In this document: in pieces, positions 48,792 through 59,464 of the stretch
Layout of the letters: the number at the start of each line of letters is the position of its first letter
How positions within the stretch are numbered: position 1 is the stretch's first letter
Source: an uncultured Holophaga sp.
Lineage (GTDB): Bacteria > Acidobacteriota > Holophagae > Holophagales > Holophagaceae
Length of the DNA: 64,000 nucleotides
Reading direction: 5' to 3'
Assembly (NCBI GenBank): GCA_963664825.1
Contig: OY761614.1
Location: forward strand, 3,232,001-3,296,000
Translations under genes and position numbers: made by a program
The notes under the pieces: generated by a model
Told to the model about the DNA's origin: nothing
Database searches by the model: none
What the model saw: the letters and a program-made list of their open reading frames with translations, nothing else

Positions 48792-50321
48792 ATGCATCAT
48801 GAGCGCATCGCCATCCTCGACTACGGCAGCCAATACACGCGGCTGATCACGCGCAGGCTGCGGGAGCTGGGGGCCTTCGGGCTGGTCTATGGACCCGCCG
48901 CCACAGCCGAGGAGATTGCCGGTGCGGACCTGAGGGGCGTGATCCTCTCCGGCGGTCCCAATTCCGTGCTGGAGGCCGGGGCCCCCCCGGTTGACCCGGC
49001 CATCTTCGAATTGGGCGTGCCCATCCTGGGCATCTGCTACGGCCAGCAGCTCATGGCCCGGGATTTCGGTGGCCAGCTCCACCGGGCGGCCAAGCGCGAA
49101 TACGGCAAGGCCACCATCCAGGTGAGCGATGCCGATAGCGTCCTCTTCCAGGGCATGGAGAAGGACCAAGTGGTCTGGATGAGCCACGGCGATCACGTGG
49201 AAGTGGCCCCCGAGGGCTACCGGGTCACTGCCAAGACCCCGGGGGTTCCCGTGGCCGCCATGGAACACCGCGGCCTGCGGCGCTTCGGCATCCAGTTCCA
49301 TCCGGAAGTGACCCACACCCAGCATGGCAATGCCCTGCTCCTCAATTTCCTCCATGTCTGCGACATGAAGCTGGACTGGAACGCGGGCCACTTCATCGAA
49401 CAGAAGGTGGAGGCCATCCGCCGACAGGTGGGCCCAGGCACCGTGGTGCTGGGCCTCTCCGGCGGGGTGGATTCCAGCGTGGCCGCCCTCCTCTTGCACA
49501 AGGCCATCGGGGCCCAGCTCACCTGCGTCTTCGTCGATACCGGCCTCATGCGCAAGGACGAGATGAAGCAGGTCCAGGAGGCCTTCGCTCCCTTCGATCT
49601 GAAGGTGAAATGGGTGGATGCCTCCCAGGCCTTCCTCCGGGAACTCAAGGGCGTGAGCGACCCCGAGCAGAAGCGCAAGATCATCGGCCGGGTCTTCATC
49701 GAAGTCTTCGAGCAGGAGGCCAAGGCCACCCAGGCGCAGTTCCTGGGACAAGGCACCCTCTACCCCGATGTCATCGAATCCAGCGGCATCGGCGGGGCCG
49801 TGCTGGTGAAGAGCCACCACAACGTGGGAGGCCTGCCCGAGCGCATGAACATGCAGCTGGTGGAGCCCCTGCGGGAGCTATTCAAGGACGAAGTGCGCCG
49901 GGCGGGGCTCGCCCTGGGCCTGCCCGAGGACATGGTCTGGCGCCACCCCTTCCCAGGACCTGGCCTCGCCGTGCGCATCCCCGGCCCCATCACGCCTGAA
50001 CGCGTGAAGATCCTCCAGAAGGCCGACGCCATCTTCATGGAGGAGCTCAAACGCAGCGGCTGGTACAAGCTCAGCAGCCAAGCCTTTGCCGTCCTCCTGC
50101 CCGTGCAGACCGTGGGAATCATGGGCGATGAGCGCACCTACGAGAACATGTGCGCCCTGAGGGCAGTCACCAGCGAAGACTTCATGACCGCCGACTGGGC
50201 ACGCCTGCCCCACGAGCTCCTGGAAACCTGCGCCCAGCGCATCGTCAACGAGGTCAGGGGCATCAACCGCGTGGTCTTCGATATCACTTCCAAGCCGCCG
50301 GCGACGATCGAATATGAATAG
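48792..50321 (+). CDS. guaA: GMP synthase (glutamine-hydrolysing)
   Basis: LDYGSQY, GICYG, QFHPEV, SGGVDS, KSHHNVGG, DITSKPPATIE. Confidence 0.97.
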   Translation: MHHERIAILDYGSQYTRLITRRLRELGAFGLVYGPAATAEEIAGADLRGVILSGGPNSVLEAGAPPVDPAIFELGVPILGICYGQQLMARDFGGQLHRAAKREYGKATIQVSDADSVLFQGMEKDQVVWMSHGDHVEVAPEGYRVTAKTPGVPVAAMEHRGLRRFGIQFHPEVTHTQHGNALLLNFLHVCDMKLDWNAGHFIEQKVEAIRRQVGPGTVVLGLSGGVDSSVAALLLHKAIGAQLTCVFVDTGLMRKDEMKQVQEAFAPFDLKVKWVDASQAFLRELKGVSDPEQKRKIIGRVFIEVFEQEAKATQAQFLGQGTLYPDVIESSGIGGAVLVKSHHNVGGLPERMNMQLVEPLRELFKDEVRRAGLALGLPEDMVWRHPFPGPGLAVRIPGPITPERVKILQKADAIFMEELKRSGWYKLSSQAFAVLLPVQTVGIMGDERTYENMCALRAVTSEDFMTADWARLPHELLETCAQRIVNEVRGINRVVFDITSKPPATIEYE

Positions 50322-51567
50322 GTTAGCAGCCCGGTTCCCCTTCGGGATCGGGCCGTCGATCCTCGGTGCCTTGCTGCTGCTGGGCTGCGAACCTGTAACC
50401 CAGCCACCGGCCCAACCTGCAGAGGTGAAACAGTTCGCGGCGGACAACAACCGCTTCGCCTTGGATCTGTTCCGGGACCTGGCTCGGACTCCGGAGAACC
50501 TGGTCTTTTCGCCTTACGGCATCTATGAGGCCCTGGCCATGACCAGCGCCGGGGCGTCGGGAACCACGGCTGCGGAATTCCGGACCCTGCTGCACACGAC
50601 CCTGCCCGAGGAGCGGCTCTTCCGCGCCGCCGCCACCCTGGACGAGCAACTGAAGACCATGCCGGGCTGGCCGAAGGCGAAGACCCCCTCCAGCTTCCGC
50701 GTCAGCAACGGACTCTGGATCGACAAGGGATGGCCCGTGGTGCCCGCCTTCCGGAGGACGATGGAGACTGCCTTCCAGGCGGCTATCGAGAACCTGAATT
50801 TCAAAGGTGAACCCCGGGAAGCCCTGCGCCGCATCAACGGATGGACCTCCCGGGCCACGGAGGGGCGCATCCCGACCATCCTCGAACGTGTTAAGCCCGA
50901 TACCCGCGTGGTGCTCACCAACGCCGTCTCGTTCAAGGGCGGCTGGACCATCGAATTCCAGAAACAGAGCACAAAGCCCGGACCCTTTTTCCCACTGGAA
51001 GGCAGCAAGGAAGAAGCCCCCTTGATGCATGGCGGCAGCATGTTCGACTACGCTGATGCCGAAGGCTGCCAGACACTCGCCATGGATTTCATGGAGGGTC
51101 CCTTTCGCATGCTGGTCATCCTGCCCGAGCGCGCGCGGTTCCGAGCCTTCGAGGAAGGCCTCAGACCGGAGCGTTTGGAACGAATCATCGAGGCCCTTCA
51201 TGCCCATCACGGCGATTGCCTGGTCAATGTCACATTGCCCCGCTTCAAGTTCGAAACCAGCCCCACTGTGCAGAAGACCCTCCAGTCCCAGGGGCTGAAG
51301 ACGGCCTTCACGGATGGCGCGGACTTCAGCCGGATGTCCAAACGCCCGTTGAAGATCGACGAGGTCCTGCACAAGGCCTTCGTTTCCGTGGACGAGAAGG
51401 GCGCCGAGGCGGCGGCTGTGACTGCGGTTGAGATTATTGAGCTCGGGATAAAAGAAGAGGGCAAGCCGAAGATCGTCGAATTCAGGGCCGATCACCCCTT
51501 CGTCTTCCTCATCCAGGATCGAAGCAGCGGCGCGATCCTCTTCATGGGGCGCTACCTCCATCCCTGA
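50314..51567 (+). CDS. Serpin family lipoprotein
   Basis: NLVFSPY, INGW...TEGRI, LTNAV.FKG.W, DEKGAEAAA hinge, FRADHPF.FLI, LFMG; lipobox LLGC. Confidence 0.92.
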   Translation: MNRLAARFPFGIGPSILGALLLLGCEPVTQPPAQPAEVKQFAADNNRFALDLFRDLARTPENLVFSPYGIYEALAMTSAGASGTTAAEFRTLLHTTLPEERLFRAAATLDEQLKTMPGWPKAKTPSSFRVSNGLWIDKGWPVVPAFRRTMETAFQAAIENLNFKGEPREALRRINGWTSRATEGRIPTILERVKPDTRVVLTNAVSFKGGWTIEFQKQSTKPGPFFPLEGSKEEAPLMHGGSMFDYADAEGCQTLAMDFMEGPFRMLVILPERARFRAFEEGLRPERLERIIEALHAHHGDCLVNVTLPRFKFETSPTVQKTLQSQGLKTAFTDGADFSRMSKRPLKIDEVLHKAFVSVDEKGAEAAAVTAVEIIELGIKEEGKPKIVEFRADHPFVFLIQDRSSGAILFMGRYLHP

Positions 51568-51635
51568 GGACGGTTCGTTGGATCTCGGGAAACGCAGGTC
51601 TTCACCCAGCTCCACTGACAGATCCTCGGCAGGCC

Positions 51636-52436
51636 TCAGGGGAAGGCCGAAGGGCCAGCGGCCAACCGTCTCAGGTGCGCAGCAACGTCCGCTGGAACCG
51701 CATGGTGGGCCTCCAAAGCCGCCAGCAGCGCCAACGCGGCGGGCACCGTGCGTTCATAGCCCCCGGCCCAGGTGGGCAGGGCCGAGGCGGCCTGGGAACA
51801 GCGCATTTCGATCCGTCGATCAACGTTGAAGGGATCCCGGGCCCCAGCCGAGTCGTGGGAGGGCGCTTGCTGCTGCTCCAGGAACTCGAGCACCCGGTCC
51901 AGGCAATGGACCTGAACCAGGCGCATCGCCGAGAGCTTCTCGCCTCTGGCATGCCGATGGAGACCCACGATCAGGTTCGACAACGCTTCACCGATGAGCC
52001 AGTCGGCATCGTGCCGGGCAGGCAGGGGCCGCTCAGCCCAGGCGAGGGCCTCGTCGACCCCATCGCGGCGCCAGATGAAGCGACCGGGTGCGTAGGGGAC
52101 GCCGCTCAGTTCCTGGATCTCGAACACGGCAAATTCGCAGAAAACCCCGTCGGCCATCAGCGCCTTGTGCCCGTCGACGGTGTTCTGGAAGTGCCAGAGC
52201 AAGGGATGGGCCCCGGCGAGCCAGTCCAGGTTCCCCACGTAGCGTCCCTTGGCGCCTTCGCCGACCAGCACAAAGAAATCCAGGTCAGACCAGGCGTCGA
52301 GGCGGTCGGTTTCAGCACCGACAGACCCCAGTCCCAGCAAGGCGAGGGCATCCTCGCGCCCCGAAAGTTCGCGAGCAATGGATGCAAGGCGATCCTGCAG
52401 GAGGCCGGGCGTGACGAACGAAGTGGTGGCGCGCAT
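51636..52436 (-). CDS. Nucleotidyltransferase, LinB/Lnu(B)-like (start uncertain)
   Basis: GS...DAWSDLDF Pol-beta NTase motif; WL...P....N..G....DGVFCEF and RGE helix resemble Lnu(B) as recalled from memory. Confidence 0.6.
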   Translation of the reverse strand: MRATTSFVTPGLLQDRLASIARELSGREDALALLGLGSVGAETDRLDAWSDLDFFVLVGEGAKGRYVGNLDWLAGAHPLLWHFQNTVDGHKALMADGVFCEFAVFEIQELSGVPYAPGRFIWRRDGVDEALAWAERPLPARHDADWLIGEALSNLIVGLHRHARGEKLSAMRLVQVHCLDRVLEFLEQQQAPSHDSAGARDPFNVDRRIEMRCSQAASALPTWAGGYERTVPAALALLAALEAHHAVPADVAAHLRRLAAGPSAFP

Positions 52437-52634
52437 GTGAACCATGAGGCCTGAGACGGTTGCTGCTTGCAATGCTAATTGGCGTTGGTGAGTCCCATCC
52501 GTGTTCGAAGCATGCCGAACCGTATTCCGGGAAGGAAATTTTCGGAGGGGACTCCGTGGATGAAGGCGAGGAATCCTCCCCCCAGTCCTGAGAGACTGGA
52601 CCTCTGGACCATTCTCTTGAAGGGCGGAAAGCAC

Positions 52635-53786
52635 ATGAATCCCTGGAAGGGCCTCTCGGGTCTCCCCCGTTGCATCTGGATGCTCGCCCTGAGCACCCTC
52701 ATCAACCGCCTGGGCACGATGGTGATGTTCTTCATGACCCTGTACCTGGTGCAGGGCCGGGGCTGGAAGGAGGCGGAAGCGGCCACGGCCATGCTCCTCT
52801 ACGGCCTGGGCGCGCTGGCGGTGAGCCCCTTCTCGGGACGGCTGGCGGATCGCATGGGCCACCGGCGCCTGCTGGCCTGGAGCCTCGTCAGTTCGGCCCT
52901 GGTGCTGATGCTGATCCCCTGGGCGGGATCCAAGGCCCTGTTCTATCCGCTGGTTGTCCTCTGGTCAGCCCTCAACCAGGCCTTCTGGCCCGCCTCCGGA
53001 GCCCTCATCGCCGATCTCACGGCGCCGGAGCAGCGCAAGCAGGCCTTCGTCCTGCACCGCCTCGCCTCCAATCTGGGCATCGCCCTGGGCCCCGCCGCAG
53101 GGGGCCTCATCGCCCAGCATTCCTTCAGGGCCCTCTTCTGGATCGATGGGCTCACGACCCTCCTGGGCGCCGCTGTGCTGGTGGCCTGGGTGCCCGCCAC
53201 GGCCGTGGTCGCCCATGAGGGCGGGAGCCTGAGCGGATGGCGGGACCGGAACCTCCTCTTCCTCCTCCTGGGACTCCTGCCGGTCACCCTGGTCTTCACG
53301 CAGATCCACGGCAGCCTGCCCCTCTGGGTGAGCCGGGATCTGGCCTACGGCCCCAGGATCTTCGGCCTGGTCTTCACCTTGAACACGGTCCTCATCCTCC
53401 TGTTGGAAGTGGCCCTCAACACGCGCCTGGCCAACTGGCGCCCGGGCCGCCAGTTGGCCCTGGGCAGCCTCCTCATCGCCATGGGGTTCGGTTTCACGGG
53501 ACTGGCCCAGACCCTGCCGCTGCTGGCCCTCACGGTCATCGCCTGGAGCCTGGGGGAGATGATCCTGCTCCCCGCCTCCAGCGAGGCCGTGGCCTCCCTG
53601 GCGCCTGCGGATCGTCGAGGCGAATACATGGGCCTGTATTCCCTCAGCTGGACCCTGGGCATGACCCTGGGACCGGGACTGGGGCTCCTGATCTATGCGG
53701 GGTCGGGTCCCCGCGTGCTCTGGCCCGCCTGCGGCGCCTTCGCCCTCCTGAGCACCTTCGCGTTGGCGCGCTTCAGGCCCCGGTAG
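52635..53786 (+). CDS. MFS transporter
   Basis: GRLADRMGHRR motif A, about 12 TM helices, LAPADRRGEYMG. Confidence 0.9.
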   Translation: MNPWKGLSGLPRCIWMLALSTLINRLGTMVMFFMTLYLVQGRGWKEAEAATAMLLYGLGALAVSPFSGRLADRMGHRRLLAWSLVSSALVLMLIPWAGSKALFYPLVVLWSALNQAFWPASGALIADLTAPEQRKQAFVLHRLASNLGIALGPAAGGLIAQHSFRALFWIDGLTTLLGAAVLVAWVPATAVVAHEGGSLSGWRDRNLLFLLLGLLPVTLVFTQIHGSLPLWVSRDLAYGPRIFGLVFTLNTVLILLLEVALNTRLANWRPGRQLALGSLLIAMGFGFTGLAQTLPLLALTVIAWSLGEMILLPASSEAVASLAPADRRGEYMGLYSLSWTLGMTLGPGLGLLIYAGSGPRVLWPACGAFALLSTFALARFRPR

Positions 53787-53824
53787 CGCTGGACACACTC
53801 CTGCGGGAATGTTCGACTGGTTCC

Positions 53825-54271
53825 ATGGCCAAGCGCATCGAACGCATTCAAAAATCCGTGAAGGAGATCCTGGAGGACCTCCTCGCGGGCCACCGGGAGG
53901 CGGCCTTCAATGGCCCCGCCTCGGCCCTCAAATACCTGAACCGCACCTTGGAAGGCCAACAGAGCTTGCCCAATGGCGTGAAGGCCCTCGCCTTCGATCT
54001 CATGGCCGAGGCCAAGGCCCAACTCCAGGACTGGGAGGGCGTGGAAGAGGCCCTCCAGGGATTCCTGATCCATCTGCCCGCCATGGAGGAGGCCCTGGGA
54101 CACCAGTTCCGCGCCACGCTCGAGGCCACCACCGCCCTGGAACGGGGCGTCCAGGCCAGAAGCGAGATGGGCGACTTCCACGGCGCCCTGGAACTCTGTG
54201 ACAGGGCCATCGCGCTGGAACTGGGCGCCCACTGGCAATCCAAGCGGGATAGCCTCGACTGGGCGCGGTGA
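53825..54271 (+). CDS. Hypothetical helical (TPR-like) protein
   Basis: ORF from MAKRIER with GC3-biased codons; GDFHGALELCDRAIAL resembles a TPR. Confidence 0.65.
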   Translation: MAKRIERIQKSVKEILEDLLAGHREAAFNGPASALKYLNRTLEGQQSLPNGVKALAFDLMAEAKAQLQDWEGVEEALQGFLIHLPAMEEALGHQFRATLEATTALERGVQARSEMGDFHGALELCDRAIALELGAHWQSKRDSLDWAR

Positions 54272-55018
54272 TCACCCCACACCCGAATCGCTCCCGGGCC
54301 TGAAGCGTGTGCCCAGGCGGTAGCGGCTGCCGGGGTGGATGCAGCGCACGAAGGTGACGCAAAGGCCCCGGGTCCAGGTGCGGCGCGTGAGGACGAGACA
54401 GGGTGATCCCACCGGCAATCCCAACCTTTCCGCCTGCTCGGGTGTGGCCGCCGTGGCATCCACCACATGTTCGGCCTCGTCCAGGGGCACGGCGCCCAGC
54501 AGGTATTCGCCGGGGAGCACGGAGCGAAAATCCTGTTCCAGGAAGCCGGGGGCGGCCTTGGGATTGACGTAGCGGTCCTCCAGCTGCATGGGAACACCAT
54601 CCTCGAAGTGGATGCCGGCCACATGGAAGACCGAATCCCCTGTCGAGACGCCCAGGGCCGTCGCCACCTCCAGGGGCGCCGATTCCCGCACCGATTCCAG
54701 CAGCAGGAATCGGTATTCATGGCCCCTGGCCCGGATCTCCTGGGCGATATTGACCACCTGGAGCAGGCTGGATTCGGCCTTGCCATCGGCCACGAAGGTG
54801 CCGACGCCGGCCACGCGCGTGAGCAGCCCCTCGGAGGCCAGCTCCCGCAGCCCGCGATGCACCGTCATGCGGGAGATGCCCAGTTCGGCCACCAGTTCGT
54901 GTTCGGAGGCGATGCGGTCCCCCACCTTCCAGGCGCCGGCCTGGATCTTCTGGCGGACCAGTTCCTTGACCGCCAGGTACAGGGCGCCCGAGGCCTTCTC
55001 CTTGAATGTCCTAGGCAT
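54272..55018 (-). CDS. hutC: Histidine utilization repressor (GntR-UTRA)
   Basis: SEHELV...[37 protein letters not shown]; inside the hut cluster. Confidence 0.93.
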   Translation of the reverse strand: MPRTFKEKASGALYLAVKELVRQKIQAGAWKVGDRIASEHELVAELGISRMTVHRGLRELASEGLLTRVAGVGTFVADGKAESSLLQVVNIAQEIRARGHEYRFLLLESVRESAPLEVATALGVSTGDSVFHVAGIHFEDGVPMQLEDRYVNPKAAPGFLEQDFRSVLPGEYLLGAVPLDEAEHVVDATAATPEQAERLGLPVGSPCLVLTRRTWTRGLCVTFVRCIHPGSRYRLGTRFRPGSDSGVG

Positions 55019-55961
55019 GGGACTCCCTGTGGGCCACGACGCGCCCCAGGATCCGAGCGGCCAGACGCGCCGTGCGGTGATCCTCATCCAGGGAGGGGTT
55101 CAGTTCGGCGATATCGGCCAGGCGCAGCTTGCCACTGGCGCAGGCGGCGTCGAGGATCTTCTCCAGCACCTCCAGGGCCACGCCCCGGGCCGAAGGCGCG
55201 CTCACCCCCGGCGCGTCGGAAGCGGGCAGAACGTCCAGGCAGGTCGTGAGATAGAGGTGATCCACACGGATCAGGAATTCCATCACGAAGGCCAGGGCAT
55301 CCGGCAGATCCGCAAAGCCCATGGCCTCGTCCAGGCGCCAGGTGGCCCCCAGATCCCGGGCCGCCTGGAAGAGGGCCTCGGTGTTGGCGAAGGCGCTGAT
55401 GCCCATCACGGCGTAGTGGAAGGGCCAGGCCTTCTCCTGGCAGGCTCGGGCGATCTGGCGGAAGGGCGTGCCCGAACTGCCGCGCTCCGCGGAGCGCAGA
55501 TCGAAGTGGGCGTCCAGGTTCAGGATGCCGATGCGGGGCGCGGTGCCGAGAGCTTCAAGATGCCTGGCCAGCCCCATGAAACTGCCCCAGGCGATCTCAT
55601 GACCGCCCCCGAGGCCCACGGGGAGGAGCCCCTGATCCAGCAGGGAGGCCACCCGGGCGGCGTAGGCACCCTGCCCCGCCTCCAGGTCGTCGCCCTCCAC
55701 CCGCACCGTGCCTGCGTCAAAGAGCGCCTGGCCGGACCGGGCCGGGAGATTGGACAGGAACCGTCGCAATTCGAAGGGGCCCTCTGCGGCACCGGGACGC
55801 CCCTGGTTGCGCCGCACACCCGCATCGCAGGCGAAACCCAGTAGCGCCACGCCCGAGGAGGCCTCCGGTGTCAGGGGCCGGACCACCTGGTGCCAGCGGA
55901 GGGCCTGTTCACCCTCCACCGCGTCCACACGCCCCCGCCATGGGGACATATCCACATTCAT
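55011..55961 (-). CDS. hutG: Formimidoylglutamase
   Basis: [50 protein letters not shown] (arginase fold). Confidence 0.93.
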   Translation of the reverse strand: MNVDMSPWRGRVDAVEGEQALRWHQVVRPLTPEASSGVALLGFACDAGVRRNQGRPGAAEGPFELRRFLSNLPARSGQALFDAGTVRVEGDDLEAGQGAYAARVASLLDQGLLPVGLGGGHEIAWGSFMGLARHLEALGTAPRIGILNLDAHFDLRSAERGSSGTPFRQIARACQEKAWPFHYAVMGISAFANTEALFQAARDLGATWRLDEAMGFADLPDALAFVMEFLIRVDHLYLTTCLDVLPASDAPGVSAPSARGVALEVLEKILDAACASGKLRLADIAELNPSLDEDHRTARLAARILGRVVAHRESHA

Positions 55962-56024
55962 CGGTGTTCACCCGCAATGGGTTCAGCCCATGTTCTCATT
56001 TGGATCCCAGTGGATAAAGGAACG

Positions 56025-56136
56025 GAACCGCAGAGGGCACAGAGAGAAAAGGAGAGAGCGCAGAGAAAAGAAATCCCAGTGCCTGCCCGTTTCTTCCTCA
56101 GTGCCCTCCTGCTCTTCTCAGTGCCCTCTGTGGTTC
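56025..56136. repeat. REP-like intergenic palindrome
   Basis: Arms GAACCGCAGAGGGCACAGAGA / TCTCAGTGCCCTCTGTGGTTC (19/21 complementary) with internal sub-repeats. Confidence 0.75.
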
Positions 56137-56168
56137 ATTTTTTTTAAAACCCATTCCACAACCCGGAA

Positions 56169-57878
56169 TCAGTCCTTCAGCATGGGTAGCTTGAGGCCCT
56201 TGGTCTTGGCGGTCTGCTTGGCGATCTCGTAGCCCGCATCCGCATGGCGCATGACGCCGGTGCCGCAGTCGTTCCAGAGCACGCGCTCCAGGCGCTTGGC
56301 GGCCTCAGGGGTGCCATCGGCCACAATGACCATGCCAGCGTGCTGGCTGTAGCCCATGCCCACGCCGCCGCCATGATGGAGGCTCACCCAGGTGGCGCCC
56401 CCGGCCACGTTCAGCATGGCATTGAGCATGGGCCAATCGCTGACGGCGTCCGTGCCATCCAACATGCTTTCCGTTTCCCGATTGGGGCTGGCCACGCTAC
56501 CCGTATCCAGGTGGTCGCGACCGATGACGATGGGGGCCTTCAGCTCGCCGGTGCGAACCATCTCGTTGAAAGCGAGACCGGCGAGGTGGCGCTCCCCCAG
56601 GCCCAGCCAGCAGATGCGGGCGGGCAGGCCCTGGAAGGCGATACGCTCCCGGGCCATGTCCAGCCAGCGATGCACGTGCGTATTCTCGGGGAAGAGTTCC
56701 TTGAGCTTGGCGTCGGTCTTATAGATGTCCTCGGGATCGCCCGAAAGGGCCACCCAGCGGAAGGGGCCCTTTCCTTCGCAGAAGAGGGGCCGGATGTAGG
56801 CGGGCACGAAGCCCGGGAAGTCGAAGGCGTTGGCCACGCCGTTGTCCTTGGCCACCTGGCGGATGTTATTGCCGTAATCCACCACGGCGCTTCCCAGGGC
56901 CTTGAAATCGAGCATGGCCCGGACATGCACGGCGCAGGATTTCCCTGCGGCGGCCTTCAGTTCGGCATGCTTGGTCTCGTCGAGCTGGGCGGCCTTCCAC
57001 TGGGGCACGGTCCAGCCCATGGGCAGGTATCCGTTCACCAGATCGTGGGCGCTGGTCTGATCCGTGACGATATCGGGGCGGAGCCCGCCCTGCTTGGCGC
57101 GCTTCACGAGTTCCGGCAGGATCTCGGCAGCGTTGCCCAGCAGGGCGATGGAGACGGCCTCCTTTTTGGCCGTGTGCTCCTTGACCAGTTCCAGGGCGTG
57201 ATCCAGGTTCCTGGCCTGCTTATCCACGTACTTGGTGCGCAGACGGAAATCGATGGAAGTCTGCTGGCACTCGATATTGAGGCTCACGGCACCGGCGAAG
57301 GTGGCCGCCAGGGGCTGGGCGCCACCCATGCCCCCGAGGCCGGCCGTGAGGATCCACTTGCCGGCCAGACTGCCTCCACAGTGCTGGCGACCCGCTTCGG
57401 CGAAGGTTTCGTAGGTGCCCTGGACGATGCCCTGGGCGCCGATGTAGATCCAGCTGCCGGCCGTCATCTGGCCGTACATGAAGAGCCCCTTGCGATCCAG
57501 TTCGTGGAAATGCTCCCAGGTGGCCCACTTGGGGACCAGATTGGAATTGGCGATGAGCACGCGGGGGCTGTCCGGCGTACTCTTCCAGATGCCCACGGGC
57601 TTGCCGGATTGGATGAGGAGCGTCTCGTCTTCCTCCAGGCCCCGCAGGCTCTCCAGGATCTGGTCGTAGCATTCCCAGTTCCGGGCGGCGCGGCCGATGC
57701 CACCGTAGACCACCAGGCTCTTGGGATTCTCGGCCACTTCGGGATCCAGGTTGTTCTGGATCATGCGGTAGGGAGCCTCGATCAGCCAATTCTTGCAGTG
57801 GAGTTCCGTGCCCCGGGGGGCGCGGATCACGCGGCTCTCGTCGCGGCGGGGATCATTGGATGGGAACGGGGAGCTCAT
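56169..57878 (-). CDS. hutU: Urocanate hydratase
   Basis: [48 protein letters not shown]; start trimmed to MSSPFP with GGAGG RBS. Confidence 0.96.
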   Translation of the reverse strand: MSSPFPSNDPRRDESRVIRAPRGTELHCKNWLIEAPYRMIQNNLDPEVAENPKSLVVYGGIGRAARNWECYDQILESLRGLEEDETLLIQSGKPVGIWKSTPDSPRVLIANSNLVPKWATWEHFHELDRKGLFMYGQMTAGSWIYIGAQGIVQGTYETFAEAGRQHCGGSLAGKWILTAGLGGMGGAQPLAATFAGAVSLNIECQQTSIDFRLRTKYVDKQARNLDHALELVKEHTAKKEAVSIALLGNAAEILPELVKRAKQGGLRPDIVTDQTSAHDLVNGYLPMGWTVPQWKAAQLDETKHAELKAAAGKSCAVHVRAMLDFKALGSAVVDYGNNIRQVAKDNGVANAFDFPGFVPAYIRPLFCEGKGPFRWVALSGDPEDIYKTDAKLKELFPENTHVHRWLDMARERIAFQGLPARICWLGLGERHLAGLAFNEMVRTGELKAPIVIGRDHLDTGSVASPNRETESMLDGTDAVSDWPMLNAMLNVAGGATWVSLHHGGGVGMGYSQHAGMVIVADGTPEAAKRLERVLWNDCGTGVMRHADAGYEIAKQTAKTKGLKLPMLKD

Positions 57879-57904
57879 GGGGGGCCTCCAAGAAACCTGC
57901 TCAT

Positions 57905-57920
57905 ACCTGTCTATACAAGT
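57905..57920. promoter_or_regulatory. HutC operator
   Basis: Minus strand ACTTGTATAGACAGGT, close to the enterobacterial HutC operator core CTTGTATAGACAAG; lies between divergent hutU and hutH. Confidence 0.8.
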
Positions 57921-57962
57921 TCCGAATCGCGTGCAAGGATATTCTCGAAACCTGGAGCTCCC

Positions 57963-59450
57963 ATGATCCGTCTCGACGGCAAGACACTCAACGCGGCTTC
58001 CCTGGAGGCCATCGCGGCAGGAGAACCGGTGGATCTCGATCCCGCGGCCCTGGCCCTGGTGAAGGAGAATCGCGCCGTCATCGACCGCATCCTTTCGGAA
58101 AAGCGGGTGGTCTACGGCATCAACACGGGCTTCGGCCAGTTCGCCACGGTGGTCATCCCCGAGGATCAATTGGCCCAGCTCCAGCTCAATCTGGTGCGCA
58201 GTCACGCCGCCGGCGTGGGCGAGCCCCTCCCCATCCAGCAGACCCGCGCCCTCATGGCCGCCCGCATCAACTGCCTCCTGAAGGCCCACTCGGGCATCCG
58301 CGTCGAGCCCATCGAGCTCCTGAAGGAATGCCTCAACCGCAATATCGTCCCGGTGGTGCCCTGCCAGGGCAGCGTGGGCGCTTCCGGCGATCTCGCGCCC
58401 CTGGCCCACATGGCCCTGCTGCTCGTGGGCGAGGGACTGGCCTGGGATTGCGGGAAACACGTTGCCGGAGGCGAGGCCCTGAAAAAGGCGGGTCTTGAGC
58501 CCATCCGGCTCCAGCCCAAGGAGGGCCTGGCCCTCATCAATGGCACCCAGCTCATCACGAGCCTCGGCAACCTGGCCGTGGCGCGGCTCCGGAAACTCCT
58601 GCCCCTGGCCGACGAAATCGCGGCCCTCTCTCTCGAGGCCCTGCACGGCACTTCGGCGGCCTACGACGCGCGCATCCACAACGCCCGGCCCCATCCCGGC
58701 CAAATCGAAGTAGCCGCCCATATGCGCGACCTCTTGGCCGAGGAGAGTGAGATCCAGGAGAGCCACAGGGACTGCACCCGGGTGCAGGATGCCTACAGCC
58801 TGCGCTGCCTGCCCCAGGTCCACGGCGTGACCCGCGACGCGCTCAAATTCACGAGCGAAATTCTCGAGCGGGAACTCAATAGCGCCACCGACAACCCGAT
58901 GATCTTCACCGATACCCAGGAGAGCCGCAGCGGCGGCAACTTCCACGGCCAGTACCCGGCCTTCGCCTGCGATGTGCTCGCCATCGCCGTCTGCGATCTG
59001 GCCAGCATCTCCGAGCGCCGCCAGGAACGCATGGTGAACCCGGCCTATTCCGATCTGCCCGCCTTCCTCACCCAGCAGGGAGGGCTCGAAAGCGGCTTCA
59101 TGATGGCCCACGTCACCAGCGCGGCTCTCGTCTCGGAGATGAAGGGCATCGCCCATCCCGCCTGCGTGGACACGATCCCCACCAGTGCCGGGAAGGAAGA
59201 CCACGTCTCCATGGGCCCCATCGCCGCCCGCAAGCTGCTGCGGGCCGTGGACGCGCTGGAGCACGTGCTCTGCATCGAGGCCCGCATGGCCCTCGAAGGC
59301 GTGCGCATCATCGGCTTGAAGCCCGCCCTGGGCGTCCGTCCCCTCTTCGATCGCCTGGCCAAGGCCTGCGCCCCCTGGCATGACCGCGCCATGTATGAAG
59401 AGATGGACAAGACCCTCGAGGCCCTGCGGGAGCACATGGCCGCGTTGTGA
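57963..59450 (+). CDS. hutH: Histidine ammonia-lyase
   Basis: [20 protein letters not shown] (MIO-forming ASG), [30 protein letters not shown]. Confidence 0.96.
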   Translation: MIRLDGKTLNAASLEAIAAGEPVDLDPAALALVKENRAVIDRILSEKRVVYGINTGFGQFATVVIPEDQLAQLQLNLVRSHAAGVGEPLPIQQTRALMAARINCLLKAHSGIRVEPIELLKECLNRNIVPVVPCQGSVGASGDLAPLAHMALLLVGEGLAWDCGKHVAGGEALKKAGLEPIRLQPKEGLALINGTQLITSLGNLAVARLRKLLPLADEIAALSLEALHGTSAAYDARIHNARPHPGQIEVAAHMRDLLAEESEIQESHRDCTRVQDAYSLRCLPQVHGVTRDALKFTSEILERELNSATDNPMIFTDTQESRSGGNFHGQYPAFACDVLAIAVCDLASISERRQERMVNPAYSDLPAFLTQQGGLESGFMMAHVTSAALVSEMKGIAHPACVDTIPTSAGKEDHVSMGPIAARKLLRAVDALEHVLCIEARMALEGVRIIGLKPALGVRPLFDRLAKACAPWHDRAMYEEMDKTLEALREHMAAL

Positions 59451-59464
59451 TGTAAGAATCCACC

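Noticed and set aside
50270..52600. guaA-anchored integrative element
   Set aside because: No duplicated guaA 3' end (att site) and no integrase found
56169..59450. Two overlapping ORFs of more than 1000 aa on opposite strands (apparent HutU and HutH fusions)
   Set aside because: The extensions are antisense shadow frames of the opposite gene. The real starts with RBSs are at 57878 and 57963, and an operator lies between them.
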